From assembly GCF_009914755.1 (NCBI RefSeq), contig NC_060937.1: a DNA stretch of 64,000 bases; one strand, 5' to 3'. Both the position numbers and the translations under genes were made by a program. Of this stretch, positions 40,570 through 55,365 are shown piece by piece (within the stretch, counting starts at the first letter, position 1; each line of letters opens with the position of its first letter). Under the pieces are notes generated by a model that was not told the origin of the DNA, ran no database searches, and saw only the letters and a program-made list of their open reading frames with translations. The stretch is from the human T2T-CHM13v2.0 reference genome, Homo sapiens.

Positions 40570-41016
40570 AGGCAATGACCAATCAAATCAGATGCCAGCT
40601 AGAACCAGTGGCCACACCAGTGTAAACTAACTAAATATTCAATTAAACACAATATTAATGCAAAAGACAAAAGTTATGTTTCTTGGGGTGACACAATTTT
40701 TGATATAGTCAATGGCTGCTAATAATACAATCAGACCTACATTGGGTGTTCTTCCCATATTCATTTAAAAACAAGAGAGCCGATGTCTTCCTAAGAGAAA
40801 AGGGTGGGTGGCAGCATATGGCATGATGTAGAGTTTATGGAGAAGACCTCAAATAGAAAGCAAAAGAAATTAGGTTTAACAATTAATACACTGCCTGTGA
40901 CCAGCAAGAAAGCTTCCAAAATATTTTATTGAGTTTCATATTGCTTTCTTTCTTCTTTTAGTTATCCTCCTCCTTTTCTGTTATTTTCTTGCAAAAATTG
41001 TCAACTAGTGTGTTTC

Positions 41017-41424
41017 TGATATGGTTTGGATATTTGTCCTGTACAAATCTCATGTTTAAATGAAATCTCCAGTGTTGGAAGAGGGGCCTGGAGGGGGTTG
41101 TTTGGGTCATGGGGACAGAGCCCTCATGGCTTGGGGCCGTCCTCACGATATTGAGTGCATTCTCAAGAGATCTGGTTGTTTAAAAGTGGGGGGTGCCTTC
41201 CGCCCTCCACTCTCTCTTGCTCCCGCTCTTGCCGTGTGACTGCCTGCCCCCAGTTCACCTTCCACCACAAGTAAAAGCTCCCTGAGGCCTCTGCAGAAGC
41301 CAAGCTGATGCTGGTGCCATGCTGTTTGTACAGCCTGCAGAACCGTGAGTCAATTATGCCCCTACTTTATAAATCACCCAATCTGGGGTATTCGTTTACA
41401 CCAAGCCAAGGAAAGCCTAACACA
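41017..41424 (+). mobile_element. MSTA-like MaLR solo LTR
   Basis: TGATATGGTTTGGATATTTGTCC...GTACAGCCTGCAGAACCGTGAG...GCCTAACACA. Confidence 0.88.
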
Positions 41425-42229
41425 TCTCCTCTCCCTTTTCTCTATGTTCCCAGCATCTCTGCCTCCTAACTTTCCTCTTCTCTGCCTGTCACCCTCCTCA
41501 CACACTCAGCTGCTACAATGAGCCTCATCCACCCAGACATGGTGTCCACTCAGCGAACCGCCATCACCAAATCATTCCTCCTTCCTCTTCATCAAAGTTA
41601 TTATTACCAGAAACTCATTTTACTTTCAGTTGAACACACACACATGCACCCACACACACACACAGAGCACACTCTTCAGTAAACAATGCTTCTTAATCTA
41701 AATTAAAGGACCTTTAATAAGGTCAGAAACATCTGCTTGTTTCACCTGTCTACCTTCATTTCTTCTTCTCTCATCATCATTCAATAATATTATATGATAT
41801 CCTTTAAGAATATGGTAAAAGGTGGCTGTGTAAAAAGTGTCCGTATCTTTCACCCTCACTCATTCAACCAAATGCTTAGGGGGTAGCATGTGAGAATGTA
41901 TGGCGATGGTGATAACACAGAGATGAAAATTATGAAGGTGTATTTTCCAAAATAATTTGCAATTGCACAGGATCAAGAAAAGACAAATGTTTCACATGAG
42001 GTTTTTGAGCAGAGTGTTTGTCTCCATGTAATTGCTAATGCAGTGATGTATCATCAATATGATAAACATTAAGCTCTTTAACAACAGATTTAGGAAGGTA
42101 AAGTGTTCCTCTACCTCTTGGGAAGATTAGGGATTTTTAGGATACTTAACTGAAACAATTTTTGCAGACTATATTTTAGAGAAGACCCCATGCATGCATC
42201 ACCTCCCCAACTGTCAAAATATCCATGTG

Positions 42230-45200
42230 GGAATACTGTGAGTGCTCCAACTGTGTGAGTGGGAAAGGGAGACTCTCCTCTCCCAAACACACACCGCCAC
42301 TGGAGAAGCTGAAGGTCTGTTTGTGGGAGAAGCTTCCGACTTTACCTGGAGCTGAGTCAATTTAGAGAGCCAAGCAAAATACAGGGCTAGAGGAAGCAGC
42401 AGAAAGGCCCTGGGAGCTCACTGGGTCCCAAGCAGCCCATTTTTGCCTGGTACCACAGGGATCCATTGGAAGGGTGACCAGAGGAGCAGGGGGTAAAACT
42501 CCACAGGGAGAAGGAAATCTCTAGTTGAACTTTGTAACAATTTGAACAGGGCAAGAAGCCTCCTGGCCAGAGCTCAGGTAAGGGTGCAAATCCTGTGTGC
42601 AGACTCCACAGGCAGGGGAAGAACCAAGCCCTTTTCTTTCCCAACTAGAAGGCAGGTAGCCTGGGGCAAGTTTTCAAGCCCACACACCCTCCACCTGGAA
42701 AGGGACTCGGGGCTGTTGGGGAGAGGCAGGGTGGGAGTGAGACCGGCCCTTTGGTTTGCATGGGAGCTGGGTGAGGCCTTTGACTGCCAGCTTTCTCCCA
42801 CAACCCGCATGACTCAGCAGAGGCAGCCATAATCCTCCTAAGTACACAACTTCAGTGACCTGGGAATCTCACCCCCATCCCCCACAAGAGCCACAGCAAG
42901 ACCTGCCCAAGGAGAGTCTGATCTCAGACACACCTAGCCCTGCCCCCACCTGATGGTCCTTTCTTATCCACCTGGGTAGCAGAAGACAGGGGGCATATGA
43001 TCTTGGGAGTTCTAGGGCTCCGCCCACCACTGGTCCCTCTCTATACTACCACAGCTGATGCTTTCTGGAAAGCACCACCTCCTGGTAGGAGGCCAACCAG
43101 CACAAAAATAGAGCATTAAACCACCAAAGCTAAGAAACCTCACAGAGTCCACCCCTGCCACCTCCACTGGAACAAGTACTGGTATCCACGGCTGAGAGAC
43201 CCATACATGGTTCACATCACAGGACTCTGTGTAGACAACCCCCAGTACCAGCCCAGAGCCAAGTAGACACACTAGGCGGCTAGACCTAGAAGAGAGACAA
43301 CAATCACTACAGTTTGGCTCACAGGAAGCCACATCAATAGGAAAAGGGGGAGAGTACTACATCAAGGGAACACCACATGGGACAAAAGAATCTGAACAAC
43401 AGCCTTCAGCCCTAGACCTTCCCTCTGACAGAGGCTACCCAAATGAGAAGGAACCAGAAAACTAACCCTTTGTTATGACAAAACAAAGCTCTTCACACCC
43501 CCCAAAAATCACACTAATTCACCCGCAGTGGATCCAAACCAAGAGAAATCCGTGATTTACCTGAGAAAGAATTCAGGAGATTAGTTTTTAAGCTAATCAG
43601 GGAGGGACCAGAGAAAGGCAAAGCCCAACGCAATGAAATCCCAAAAAATGATACAAGAAGTTAAGGGAGAAATATTCAAGGAAATAGATAGCTTAAAGAA
43701 AAAAGAATCAAAAATTCAGGAAACTTTGGACACACTTTTAGAAATGTGAAATGCTCTGGAAAGTCTCAGCAACAGAATTGAACAAGTAGAAGAAATAAAT
43801 ACAGGGTTCAAAGACAAGGTCTTTGAATTAACCCAATCCAACAAAAACAAAGAAAACAGAGTAAGAAAATATGAACAAAGCCACCAAAATGTCTGGGATT
43901 ATGTAAAATGACCCAACCTAAGAATAATTGGTGTTCCTGAGGAAGAAGAGAATTCTAAAAGCTGGGAAAATATATATGAGGGAATAAATGAGGAAAATTT
44001 CTCCAGCCTTGCTGAAGACCTAGACATCCAAATACAAGAAGCACAAATAACTCCTAGAAAATGTATCACAAAAAGATCTTCACCTAGGCACATTGTCATC
44101 AGGTTATCCAAAGGTGAAGAAAGAATCAAGATCTGTGAGAGAGAAGCACCAGGTAACCTATAAAGGAAAACCTATCAGATTAACAGTAGATTTCTCAGTA
44201 GAAACCCTACAAGCTGGAAGGGACTGGGGCCCTGTTTTCAGCCTCCTCAAACAAAACAATTATCAGCCAATAATTTCATATCCGGAGAAACTAAGCATCA
44301 TATATGAAGGAAAGATGCAGTCATTTTCAGACAAAAAAATGCTGAGAGAATTTCAATACTAACATTGAATACTGACACTGAATGTAAATGGCCTAAAGCC
44401 TCCACTTAAAAGATACAGAATGGCATAATGGATAGGAACTCACCAACCAACTATTGGCTGCTTTTAGGAGACTCAAACACAACACATAAAGACTCATAAA
44501 AACTTAAAGTAAAGGGGTGGTAAAGGGCATTTCATACAAATGGACACCAAAAGCAAGCAGGGGTCGCTATTCTTATATCATACAAAACAAACTTTAAAGT
44601 AATAATGGTTAAAAGAGACAAAGAGGGACATTATATATGTAAAAAGCTTTGTCCAACAGGAAAATATCACAATCCTAAACATATTTGCATCTAACACTGG
44701 AGCTCCCAAATTTATAAACAATTACCAATAGACCTAAGAAATGAGATAGATAGCAATGCAATAAAAGTGGGGGAGTTCAGTACTCCACTGACAGTGCTAG
44801 ACAAGACATCAAGACAGAAAGTCAACAAAGAAACAATGGATTTAAATTATACCTTGGAACAAATGAACTTAACAGATATATACAGAACATTTCATCCAAC
44901 GACTGCAGGATACACATTCTATTCAATAGCACATGGAACTTTCTCCAAGACAGACCATATGATAGGCCATAAAATGAGCCTCAATAAATTTAAGAAAACT
45001 GAAATTATGTCAATCACTCTCTCAGACCACAGTGGAATAAAACTGGAAATCAACTCCAAAAGGAATCTTCAAAACCTTGCAAATACATGGAAATTAAATA
45101 ACCTGCTCCTGAATGATCATTTGGTCTAAAATGAAATCAAGATGGAAAGTTAAAAATTATTTGAACTGAATAACAATAATGCCACAACCTATCAAAGCCT

Positions 45201-48200
45201 CTGAGATACAGCAAAGATGGTGCTAAGAGGAAATTTCATAGCCCTAAGCACCTACATCAAAAAGACTGAAAGAGCACAAACAGACAATCTAAGGTCACAC
45301 CTCAAAAAACTAGAGGAACAAGAACAAACCAAACCCAAACCCAGCAGAAGAAAGGAAATTACCAAGATCAGAGCAGAACTAAAAGAAATTAAAACAAAAA
45401 AAAAATACAAAAGATAAATGAAACAAAAAGCTGGTTCTTTGTAAAGATAAATGAAATTGATAGACCACTAGCAAGATTAACCAAGGAAAGACGAGAGAAA
45501 ATACAAATAACCTCACTAAGAAACAAAACAGGAGATATTACAAATGACACCACTGAAATACAAAAGATCATTCAAGACTACTATGAACACCTTTATGCAC
45601 ATAAACTAGAAAACCTAGAAAAAATGGATCAATTGGTGGAAAAATACAATCCTCCTAGCTTAGATCAGGAAGAATTAGATACCTTGAACTGACCAAAAAC
45701 AAGCAGCAGGATTGAAATGGTAATTAAATATTACCAACAAAAAAAGTCCAGGAACAGATGGATTCAAAGCAGAATTCTACCAGATATTTAAAGAATTGGT
45801 GCCAATCCTTTTGACACTATTCCACAAATAGAGAAAGAAGGAACCCCCCCAATTCATTTTACAAAGCCAGCATCACCCATCACCCTAATCCCCAAAGCAG
45901 GAAAGGACATAGCCAAAGAAAGAATACTACAGACCAATATCGTTAATGAACATTGATGCTAACATTTTTAACAAAATACTAGCTAACCGAATCCAACATC
46001 ATATCAAAAAGATAATCCACCAGGATCAAGTGGGTTTCATACCAGGGATGCAGGGATGGTTTAACATACACGAGTCAATAAATGTGATACACCACATAAA
46101 TAGAATTAAAAACAAAAATCACATGATCATCTCAATAGATGCAAAAAAAAAGCATTTAACAAAATCCAGCATGCCTTTATGATTAAAACTCTCAGCAAAA
46201 TTGGCATACAACGGATACACCTTAATGTAATAAAAGCCATCTATGACAAACCCACAGCCAACATAATACTGAATGAGGAAAAGTTGAAAGCATTCCCCCT
46301 GAGAACTGGAACCAAACAAGAATGCCCATTCTCATCACTCCTCTTCAACATACTACTGGAAGTCCTAGCCAGAGCAATCAGAGAAGGGAGAGAAATAAAG
46401 GGCATCCAAATTGGCAAAGAGAAAGTCAAACTGTCAGTATTTGCTGATGATATGATTGTTTACCTTGAAAACCCTAAGGACTCCTCCTGCAGAAAGCTCC
46501 TAGAACTGATAAAAAATTCAGCAGTTTTCGGATAGAAGATTAATATACACAAATCAGTAGCTCTTCTATACACCAACAGCAACTAAGCAGAGAATCAAAT
46601 GAAGAACTCAGCTCATTTTACAATAGCTGCAAAAAATAAAATAAAATACTTAGGAATATACCTAACCAAGGAGGTGAAAGACCTCTGCAAGGAAAAGTAC
46701 AAAACACTGCTGAAAGAAATCATAGACAATACAAATGAATGGAGACACATCCCATGCTCATGGATAGGTAGAATCTATATTGTGAAAATGACCATACTGC
46801 CAAAAGCAATCTACAAACTCAATGCAATCCCCATCAAAATACCACCATCATTCTTCAGAGTTAGAAAAAACAATTCTAAAATTTATATGGAACCAAAAAA
46901 GAGCCCGCATAGCCAAAGCAAGACTAAACAAAAAGAACAAATATGAAGGCATCACACTAGCTGATTTCAAAGTATACTGTGAGGCCATCATCACCAAAAC
47001 AGCATGGTACTGGTATAAAAATAGGCACATTGACCAATTGAACAGAATAGAGAACCCAGAAATAAACCCAAATACTTACAGCCAACTGATCTTTGACAAA
47101 GCAAATTAAAACATAAAGTGTTCCTTTTTTTAATTTTTTAATTTTTTAATTATCATACTTTAAGCTTTAGGGTACATGTGCACAACGTGCAGGTTTGTTA
47201 CATATGTATACATGTGCCATGTTGGTGTGCTGCACCCATTAACTTGTCATTTAGTATTAGGTATATCTCCTAATGCTATCCCTCCCCGCTCCTCCCACCC
47301 CACAACAGTCCCCAGTGTGTGATGTTCCCCTTATGAACAGACACTTCTCAAAAGAAGACATTTATGCAGCCAAAAAACACATGAAAAAATGCTCACCATC
47401 ACTGGCCATCAGAGAAATGCACAGCAAAACCACAATGAGAAACCATCTCACACCAGTTAGAATGGCAATCATTAAAAAGTCAGGAAACAACAGGTGCTGG
47501 AGAGGATGTGGAGAAATAGGAACACTTTTACACTGTTGGTGGGACTGTAAACTAGTTCAACCATTGTGGAAGTCAGTGTGGTGATTCTTCAGGGATCTAG
47601 AACTAGAAATACCATTTGACCCAGCCATCCCATTACTGGGTATATACCCAAAGGTTTATAAATCATGCTGCTATAAAGACACATGCACATGTATGTTTAT
47701 TGCAGCACTATTCACAATAGCAAAGACTTGGAACCAACCCAAATGTCCATCAATGATAGACTGGATTAAGAAAATGTGGCACATATACACCATGGAATAC
47801 TATGCAGCCATAAAAAATGATGAGTTCATGTCCTTTGTAGGGACATGAATGAAGCTGGAAACCATCATTCTCAGCAAACTATTGCAAGGACAAAAAACCG
47901 AACACCGCATGTTCTCACTCATAGGTGGGAATTCAACAATGAGAACACATGGGCACAGGAAGGGGACACCCTTTTCAGCAATGGTGCTAGGATAGTTGGC
48001 TGGCCATATATAGGGGAATGAAACTCGATCCTCATCTCTAACATTATTCAAAAATCAACTCAAGATGGATAAAGGACTTAAACCTAAGACTAAAACTATA
48101 AAAATTCTAGAAGAAAACATTGGAAAAACCCTTTTATACCTTGGCTTAGGCAAGGATTTCATTACCAAGAACCCAAAAGCAAATGCAATACAAACAAAGA

Positions 48201-49203
48201 TAAATAGCTGGGACCTAATTAAACTAAAGAGCTTTTGCAGGACAAAAGGAACAGTCAGCAGAGTAAACAGATAACCCACAAAGTGGGAGAAGATCTTCAC
48301 AATCTATACACCTGACAAAGGACTAATATCCAGAAGCTACAGTGAAGTCAAATCAGTACGAAAGAAAAAAAAATCCCATCAAAAATTGGGCTAAGGACAT
48401 GAATAGACAATTCTGAAAAGAAGATATACATATGAAAAAATGCTCAAAATCACTAATTATCAGGGAAATGCAAATCAAAACCACAATGCAATACTAGCTT
48501 ACTCCTGCAAGTATGGCAATAATAAAAAAAAATCAAAAAACAGTAGATGTTGGCATGGATGCAGTGAATAGAGAACATGTCCACACCGCTGGTGGGAATG
48601 TAAGCTAATACAGCCACTATGGAAAATAGTGTGGAGATTCCTTAAAGAACTAAAAATAGAACTGCCATTTAATCCAGCAATCCCACTACTGGGTATCTAC
48701 CCAGAGGGAAAGAAGTCATTATTCAAAAAAGATACTTGCACACACATGTTTATAGCAGCACAATTTAAAATAGCAAAATCGTGGTACCAACCAAAATGCC
48801 CATCAATCAATGAGTGGATAAATTGTGATATATATGTATATATATATATATGATGGAATACTACTCAGCCATACAAAGGAATGAACTAACAGCATTTTCA
48901 GTGATCTGGATAGATTGGAGACTATTAAATTCTAAGTGAAGTAACTCAGGAACGGAAACCAAACATCTTATGTTCTCACTGATATGTGGGAGCTAAGCTA
49001 TGAGGATACAAAGGCATAAGAATGATACAATGGACTTTGGGGACTTGTGAGAAAGAGTGGGAGGGGGCGAGGTATAAAAGACTACAAATAGGGTGCAGTG
49101 TGTAGTGCTCAGGTGATGGGTGCACCAAAATCTCACAAATCACCACTAAAGAACTTACTCATGTAAGCAAATACCACCTGTACTCCAATAACTTATGGAA
49201 AAT
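42230..49203 (+). mobile_element. Near full-length L1PB1 (L1PBa 5' UTR), inactive
   Basis: L1PBa-type 5' UTR, ORF1 from ~43443, ORF2 EN/RT fragments (44767-47109, 48065-48853), L1PB1 3' UTR (GAGCTAAGCTATGAGGA...AATAACTTATGGAAAAT). Many stops. Confidence 0.92.
47121..47966 (-). mobile_element. Young (L1PA3-like) 5'-inverted L1 nested in the L1PB1
   Basis: Minus-strand tail and 3' UTR 47121-47332, then a plus-strand segment 47333-47966 ending at AAGGGGA, the same point where the minus segment starts. Confidence 0.9.
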
Positions 49204-49206
49204 TTA

Positions 49207-49460
49207 CATATATGCAGGTTTTTGTGTGCACATAAATGTTAAACATATTTGCATAAATACCAAGGACCCGATTGCTGGATCATACAGGAGATTATGTTTA
49301 GCTTTGAAAGAAGCTGCAGAGCTGTCAAAGTTGTTATGCCATTTTGCATTTCTACCAGCAATGAATGAGAGTTCCTGTTTCCCCACTTACTTGCCGGCAT
49401 TTGGTGTTCTCAGTGTTTCTGAGCTTTCAATATTCTAATAGATGTGTAGTGGTAACTGAT
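49207..49460 (-). mobile_element. Old L1MC/MD fragment
   Basis: GATTGCTGGATCATA...CCAGCAATGAATGAGAGTTCCTGTT...AATAGATGTGTAGTGGTA. Confidence 0.7.
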
Positions 49461-49909
49461 GCTATTTTGAGGTAAAATGACAGATGTTTTATTTAATGAT
49501 CTTTCCCTAACTGCCTATCATATGAAAGCAAATATGGAAGGGTATGAGATTAACAGACTCTTTGATTTCTACTAATATAAGCCTGGAGCCCAGAACAGAG
49601 ACTTGAAAGTGGCATAGAATGTCCGATTACAATATTTAAAAAAAAAATCACAGTCACTTTCAAAATTCTCTCCTCACCCTTCCTCCCAAGCAAACACAGT
49701 TAATGATTACTGCTGTTTTTCTCTTGATATTTCTAGAAGACAGATGCATTATTTTGGACATACAAATTCATGGGTGAGGAAAGGGAAGTAAGGCAAGAGA
49801 GGGTGTGAGGACTTTCTAATGGAGACACCACGCTGGCTGCCACTGCACCGTGAGCCTCAGAGGACTCACTGGTGGCCCCTGTGCTGCATATTTGTCTCCT
49901 CAGAAGGAG

Positions 49910-50275
49910 ACATGAAAACACGTCCTACAAGCTACCTGACAGACACTCATCAAAACCTTGAGGTCATCAAAAACAAGCAAAGGCTAAGACAATGTCCTAG
50001 ACCAGAGCAGCCTACGGAGAAAAGACACTCAAATGTAATGTGGGATCCTGAAGCAGAAAATAGACATTACTGGGAAAACTGGAGACATCTGAATAAAACT
50101 AAGCATTCAGTTAATAATATTGTATAAGTGTTAATTTATTAGTTTTGACAAATGTTATCACAGTAATGTAAGGTGATAACATTAGGGGGAATTGGATAAA
50201 GTATAGCACTGAATTATCTTTGCACCTTTTCTGTAAATCTAATACTATTCCACAAGAATTTATTTTTAAAAAATA
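49910..50275 (+). mobile_element. L1MC/MD 3' end fragment
   Basis: GAGGTCATCAAAAACAAG...AATGTAATGTGGGATCCTG...TTCTGTAAATCTAATACTATTCC. Confidence 0.65.
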
Positions 50276-50639
50276 AGTCACTAATGCTACAGGTAGACTA
50301 TAAAATATCATTGCCGTGTTTTCCCATTGATCTTAAAGAGAAGAGGATACAGGCTTATTTTCTTGGGAGGGTATGATTCAGGAGGGGGAAGTGGTGGAGT
50401 AGGGTTATTAATGAATTTAAGATAAATATTAATTAAATAAATTAGGCAGCAGCTAGCCTCTTGCCATTTTGTTCAAATAAGTGATTGTAGGGACTCAGTA
50501 TTAAAGAGTGTTTGAAGAAAACTAAGATGGAGGGCTAGAGACTATGAGGATTTGCCTACATTCATTTCTGGAAGACATTATGTGTACTTTTATTCTGTAA
50601 GCAAGGTGAGAAATAAAACACAGACAGACTAGAATTTAC

Positions 50640-50752
50640 ACTGAATTTCAAGAGCATAAATATTTTAATATAAGTGTGTTCCAAATATTGCATTTGTTGT
50701 TTATCTGAAATTTAAATGTAGCCGAGCATCCTTTATTTTATCTGGCAAACCT
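50640..50752. mobile_element. MER53 (hAT-like, palindromic) fragment
   Basis: CCAAATATTGCAT...GTTGTTTATCTGAAATTTAAAT...ATCTGGCAAACCT. Confidence 0.65.
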
Positions 50753-51229
50753 ACTAGAGGGGACCCTCAGGGCCCATGGCAGACTGCCTCTCTCAATACA
50801 ACCATAAAGAAAAGGAGCTCACGTTCTACCGGGGGAAATTGCTGTATACTTAGCAACTTGAAAGCATGATACAATGTGAAAGATTCTAAAATATGAATTT
50901 AAAATACTTTGGAATCTTTCAGAAGAACATTTAATTAGAACTGAGGGAATTAAAGAGGTCTTGATGGAAGAGATGGTGTTTGTACTGGGTTTCTCAAGGA
51001 AAGTAGAAGGTCTGACAGTTGAGGGATAGGTATTTCAGGGTATATCAACAATGTGGAAAAATTACAGAAATTCACTCAGCAAAGGTTTGCTGGTTCCATG
51101 GTACATGCAATTTTCTATTCTTGGAAATGGAAAAATCGCCATCATCCCTCAGTGTAAATTCAAAGAGGAACAAGAAACAAATAAAAATAAACAATAATTG
51201 ATAAGTTTATGAAATGGAAAGTGTTATAA

Positions 51230-51860
51230 AAATAAAATTAAGGAAGATTCAGAATGGTGGGAGAGGAGTACAATTTTATATAAAGTGATCGCAGGGAAGG
51301 TAACATTTAAGCAGACATTGGAAGAAAGAAGGCAGAAAGAGTAAGGTGTGCATCTTTTCAGGAGCAGAAAAAGAAAGTTCCAGGTAGAGAGAAAGCAAGG
51401 GCAAGAGCTTGGGGGCAGAAGCATGTCAGTGCCAGGAAGAGCAAGTGGCCAGTGTGGCTGGAGCGAGATGCATGAGGCAGAAGTGGTGGAAGATCAGATC
51501 AGAAGAGTGAGTGAGTCAGATCATGTAAGTCCTCCCTGTCCAAGAAAAGGACTTGGTTGTTGTTTCTCAGAGAATTGCAAAGGTCCTGGAGTTCTGCAAG
51601 CTTAGAAATGGCATGATGTGATTCAATCCATAGAAGAGTATTCAGTGTAGGCACTGTGGAGTTTCTACATGGTAAAGATCAAGGCTGAACACCCAATGGG
51701 GAAGCTATCATGCTGTTTGGAGTGAGAGGTGATGGTGGCTGGGTGTAAGAGCAATGCATCAAGGGGCTCCAATTGCAGGATTTATAGCAAAAGTAGAACA
51801 TGAAGGATTTCCTCATGAATCTGAAGAGGAGGAAGGTGAAAACTAAGAGATGGCTTTAAA
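51230..51860 (-). mobile_element. L2 fragment
   Basis: Purine-rich antisense L2 (TTCCAGGTAGAGAGAAAGCAAGGGCAA...GGCCAGTGTGGCTGGAGC...GAGAGGTGATGGTGGCT). Confidence 0.65.
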
Positions 51861-52065
51861 TCATAGAATCATAGAACAGAAATGTTGGAAAATAATAATC
51901 AATACAATTAAAGGAATGACCAATGGATGGTAGTGAGAAAAATGCAAAAACATTGTAGTAAATAATAGATGACTTTTTTCAATGTTAGAATAAGAAAATT
52001 TGACTTGATTCTGTGGGCAATAGGAAATCAAAAAATGGTTTTGAGCAGAAGAGTGTAATCTCATA

Positions 52066-53198
52066 CAGTCATGCATAGCTTAACAATGGGAATGTGTTCT
52101 GAGAAATGCATCATCAATTGATTTTGTCCTTGTGCAAATATCAGAGTGTGCCATAATTACACATACCTAGATGGTACAGCCCATTGTACACCTAGACTCT
52201 ATGGTAATGCCTATAGCCCTTAAATGCTTATGATTGTGTTACAATTGCTTTCAGGGTTCAGTACAGTCACATGTATTTAAAAGTATATGAATATAGGAAT
52301 GACACATTAAAAAACATGATACGGAAGATTTAAAAGTGGTACACCTGTATAGGGCACTTACCGTGAGTGGATCTTGCAGGACAAGAAGTTGCCCTGGGTG
52401 AATAGAGTGAGTGAGTGCTGAGTGAATGTGAAGGCCTAGGATGTTGCTATGCACTACTGTAGGCATTATAAACACCTTACACTACAGGTACACTAAGATA
52501 TTTGATATCTATGTCCCCACCCAAATCTCATCTTGAATTCCCAGGTGATGTGGGAGGGACCACCTGGCGAGGTAATTGAATCATGGGGGCAGGTGTTTCC
52601 CATGCTGTTCTCATGACAGTGAATAAGTCTCACAAGATCTGATGGTTTTACAAAGGGGAGTTTCCCTGCACAACCTCTCTCTCTTTGCCTGCTGCCATCC
52701 ATGTAAGATGTGACTTGCTCCTCCTTGCCTCCTGCCATGATTATGAGGCCTCCCCAGCCACGATTATGAGGCCTCCCCAGCCACGTGGAACTGTAAGTCC
52801 ATTAAACCTCTCTTTCTTTTGTAAATTGTCCAGTCTCAGATATGTCTTTATCAGCAGCATGAAAACAGACTAATAACATATTGAAAATATTTTTTCTTCA
52901 ATAATAAATTACCCTTAGCTTACTGTAACTACTTTACTTTATAAACTTAGTTTTTTTTTAACATTTTTACTCTTTTGTAATAACACTTAGCTTAAAACAC
53001 AAACACATTATATACCAGTACAATATTTTCTTTCTTTATATCCTTATTCTATAAGCTTTTTTCTTATTTTTAATTTTTTTACCTTTTAAATTTTTTATGA
53101 AAAATTAAGACACAGACACACTCATTAGCCTAGGCCTACACAAGGTCAAGATAATCATTTTCACTGTCTTCCACCTTCATAGCTTGTCCCACTGGAAA
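52066..53198 (+). mobile_element. Tigger3b, 3'-truncated, interrupted by THE1A
   Basis: TA|CAGTCATGCATAGCTTAACAATGGG...; homologous to 3042-~3790. Confidence 0.85.
52503..52878 (+). mobile_element. THE1A solo LTR
   Basis: GCCATCCATGTAAGATGTGACTTGCTCCTCC diagnostic; internal 23-bp duplication GATTATGAGGCCTCCCCAGCCAC; approximate TSD ATATT. Confidence 0.88.
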
Positions 53199-53273
53199 TT
53201 CTACCCTATCATCAGGCTATAGAAATGGTTCACCCTGAGACCATTGTCCTATTGGCTGTCCAGTTTTTACTGA

Positions 53274-53706
<433 letters not shown>

Positions 53707-55119
53707 CAGGATTTTTAAAGACCGTGTATCAGTGGTTGTTCAGCCTGTCTCTATCCAAACCTTTTCTCTCCTTCCTCAGGGCTATTCAGGTTAAGACCAC
53801 ATTCACCACTATCTTTCCGGGCTAAGTGTGACCACGTGATTAAATATCAGCCAACCCTATAATTAGAAGGGCAACCTTGTTAAAATCAACTTCTGACCTG
53901 GATTTCCACTGTTTCATTTTGGTGTCTGGAAATGATGACAGCCAGACCAACCATGAAAGCCTGGAACCCTAGAAGAATGTGTAGAAAAAAGAAACATCTT
54001 ATTATTATGAACATTTTTTACGTTTAAGAGAACAGCATTATCTTTATTATACTAATCAATAAAAAAACTTCCCTTTGCTTCAAAGAGTGCAACACTGTCT
54101 CTATCTTCCAAGGCTTTTTGCTGTAAAAACATTCTGAAAAAGTAATCTCAACAAAGATGATCATTGCCTCTGCTCTATAACATGTGCAGAAATGAGAGAT
54201 GCCAATTTTCTACCCTCCAGATTTCTCCACATCATTCTTACATATAGACAGTAAAATAAATGTGTTTAGTCTCAAAACAAATTGAGAATCTAGTATACCT
54301 TGCCAAAATTATTATATTAATTAGGAAACAATAGATTTAAAAATATATTTTTGCCATCAAGGGCAACGATATTCTATAACTTTTTCCAGAGTCCTTTACA
54401 ATTATTTCCACTAGAAAATTTTAAAACACCCCCTGACACACACACACATTATGGTAATCAATAGTAAATATACTGATTGAATTTTGAGGTTAGTTTGGTG
54501 ATGTGCTAAGTGTTAGTCAGTCAGGACTTTGTAGAGAGCTAACAGTTTTCTCATCACTGACTTAGTGAGTACTCTGGCTTCAAGCTGTTTATCTCATTCT
54601 AAAATAAAATGTAAACATATAAGATTCCTGAAACTTGGAAATATCTATGATTAAAAGTCATAAAAGTCAAAGTCAAATGTTTAAGAGATGTAAAAAAATG
54701 AAGTATATAATTATTTACCTATTGAGAGAGAGAGAAAAAAAGAGAGATATGGCCGAAAAAATATCCCTAATATAGTAGTAAATGAAAATAAGTTGCAAAG
54801 GTAGAATTATATTTTTTGTTAAAATAAAAAAATTAAATACATATATACTTGCATGTGACTTTACAAAATAAAAAGTGCTTTCTTTAATAAAAAATTTAGC
54901 TGAATTAGGAACAGTATTATATAATTAGGTTGCTACTTTAATAATCAGTAATAGTAAAAGTACACATTTGAAATATTCTTACTATGAAGAATATAACAAT
55001 TTGTTTAACAATTATCAAATACACAAATTACTCATGCTCAAATATAGCTCAAAATATTTTTGTCATATTCAAAAATACTAAATGTAATTTTTTAATATCA
55101 ACATTTCTTTTGTTTATTA

Positions 55120-55365
55120 GAAGAAAGCAAATGGCTAGTATACTGGGGGGGAAAATCCCTGTAGTCTTTCTTTGGATAAAAGATTTAAGTTCCTCATACA
55201 TTTTGATGGACTAGTGATATTAGCAACCAAAGTAGCACTGCTCTAGAAAATGGATAAATGGATGACTACAGTTGGAGCAAATGAAAATGATTTTGCCAGA
55301 GGCAAAATACAACATGTTTCCAACAACAGTCATAGTTCCACCAGGGCCATTGGTGAAACTCCATG
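55120..55365 (+). pseudogene. Cadherin-repeat relic, block G
   Basis: KFLIHFDGLVILATK (from 55187); TVGANENDFA/PE (55268-55302; cf. V.V.DENDxAP); donor CATG|GTATTA at 55366. Confidence 0.5.

Noticed and set aside
44767-48853. EN/RT-like ORFs as a functional retrotransposon
   Set aside because: Fragmented L1PB1 ORF2 with many stops and frameshifts and a nested insertion.
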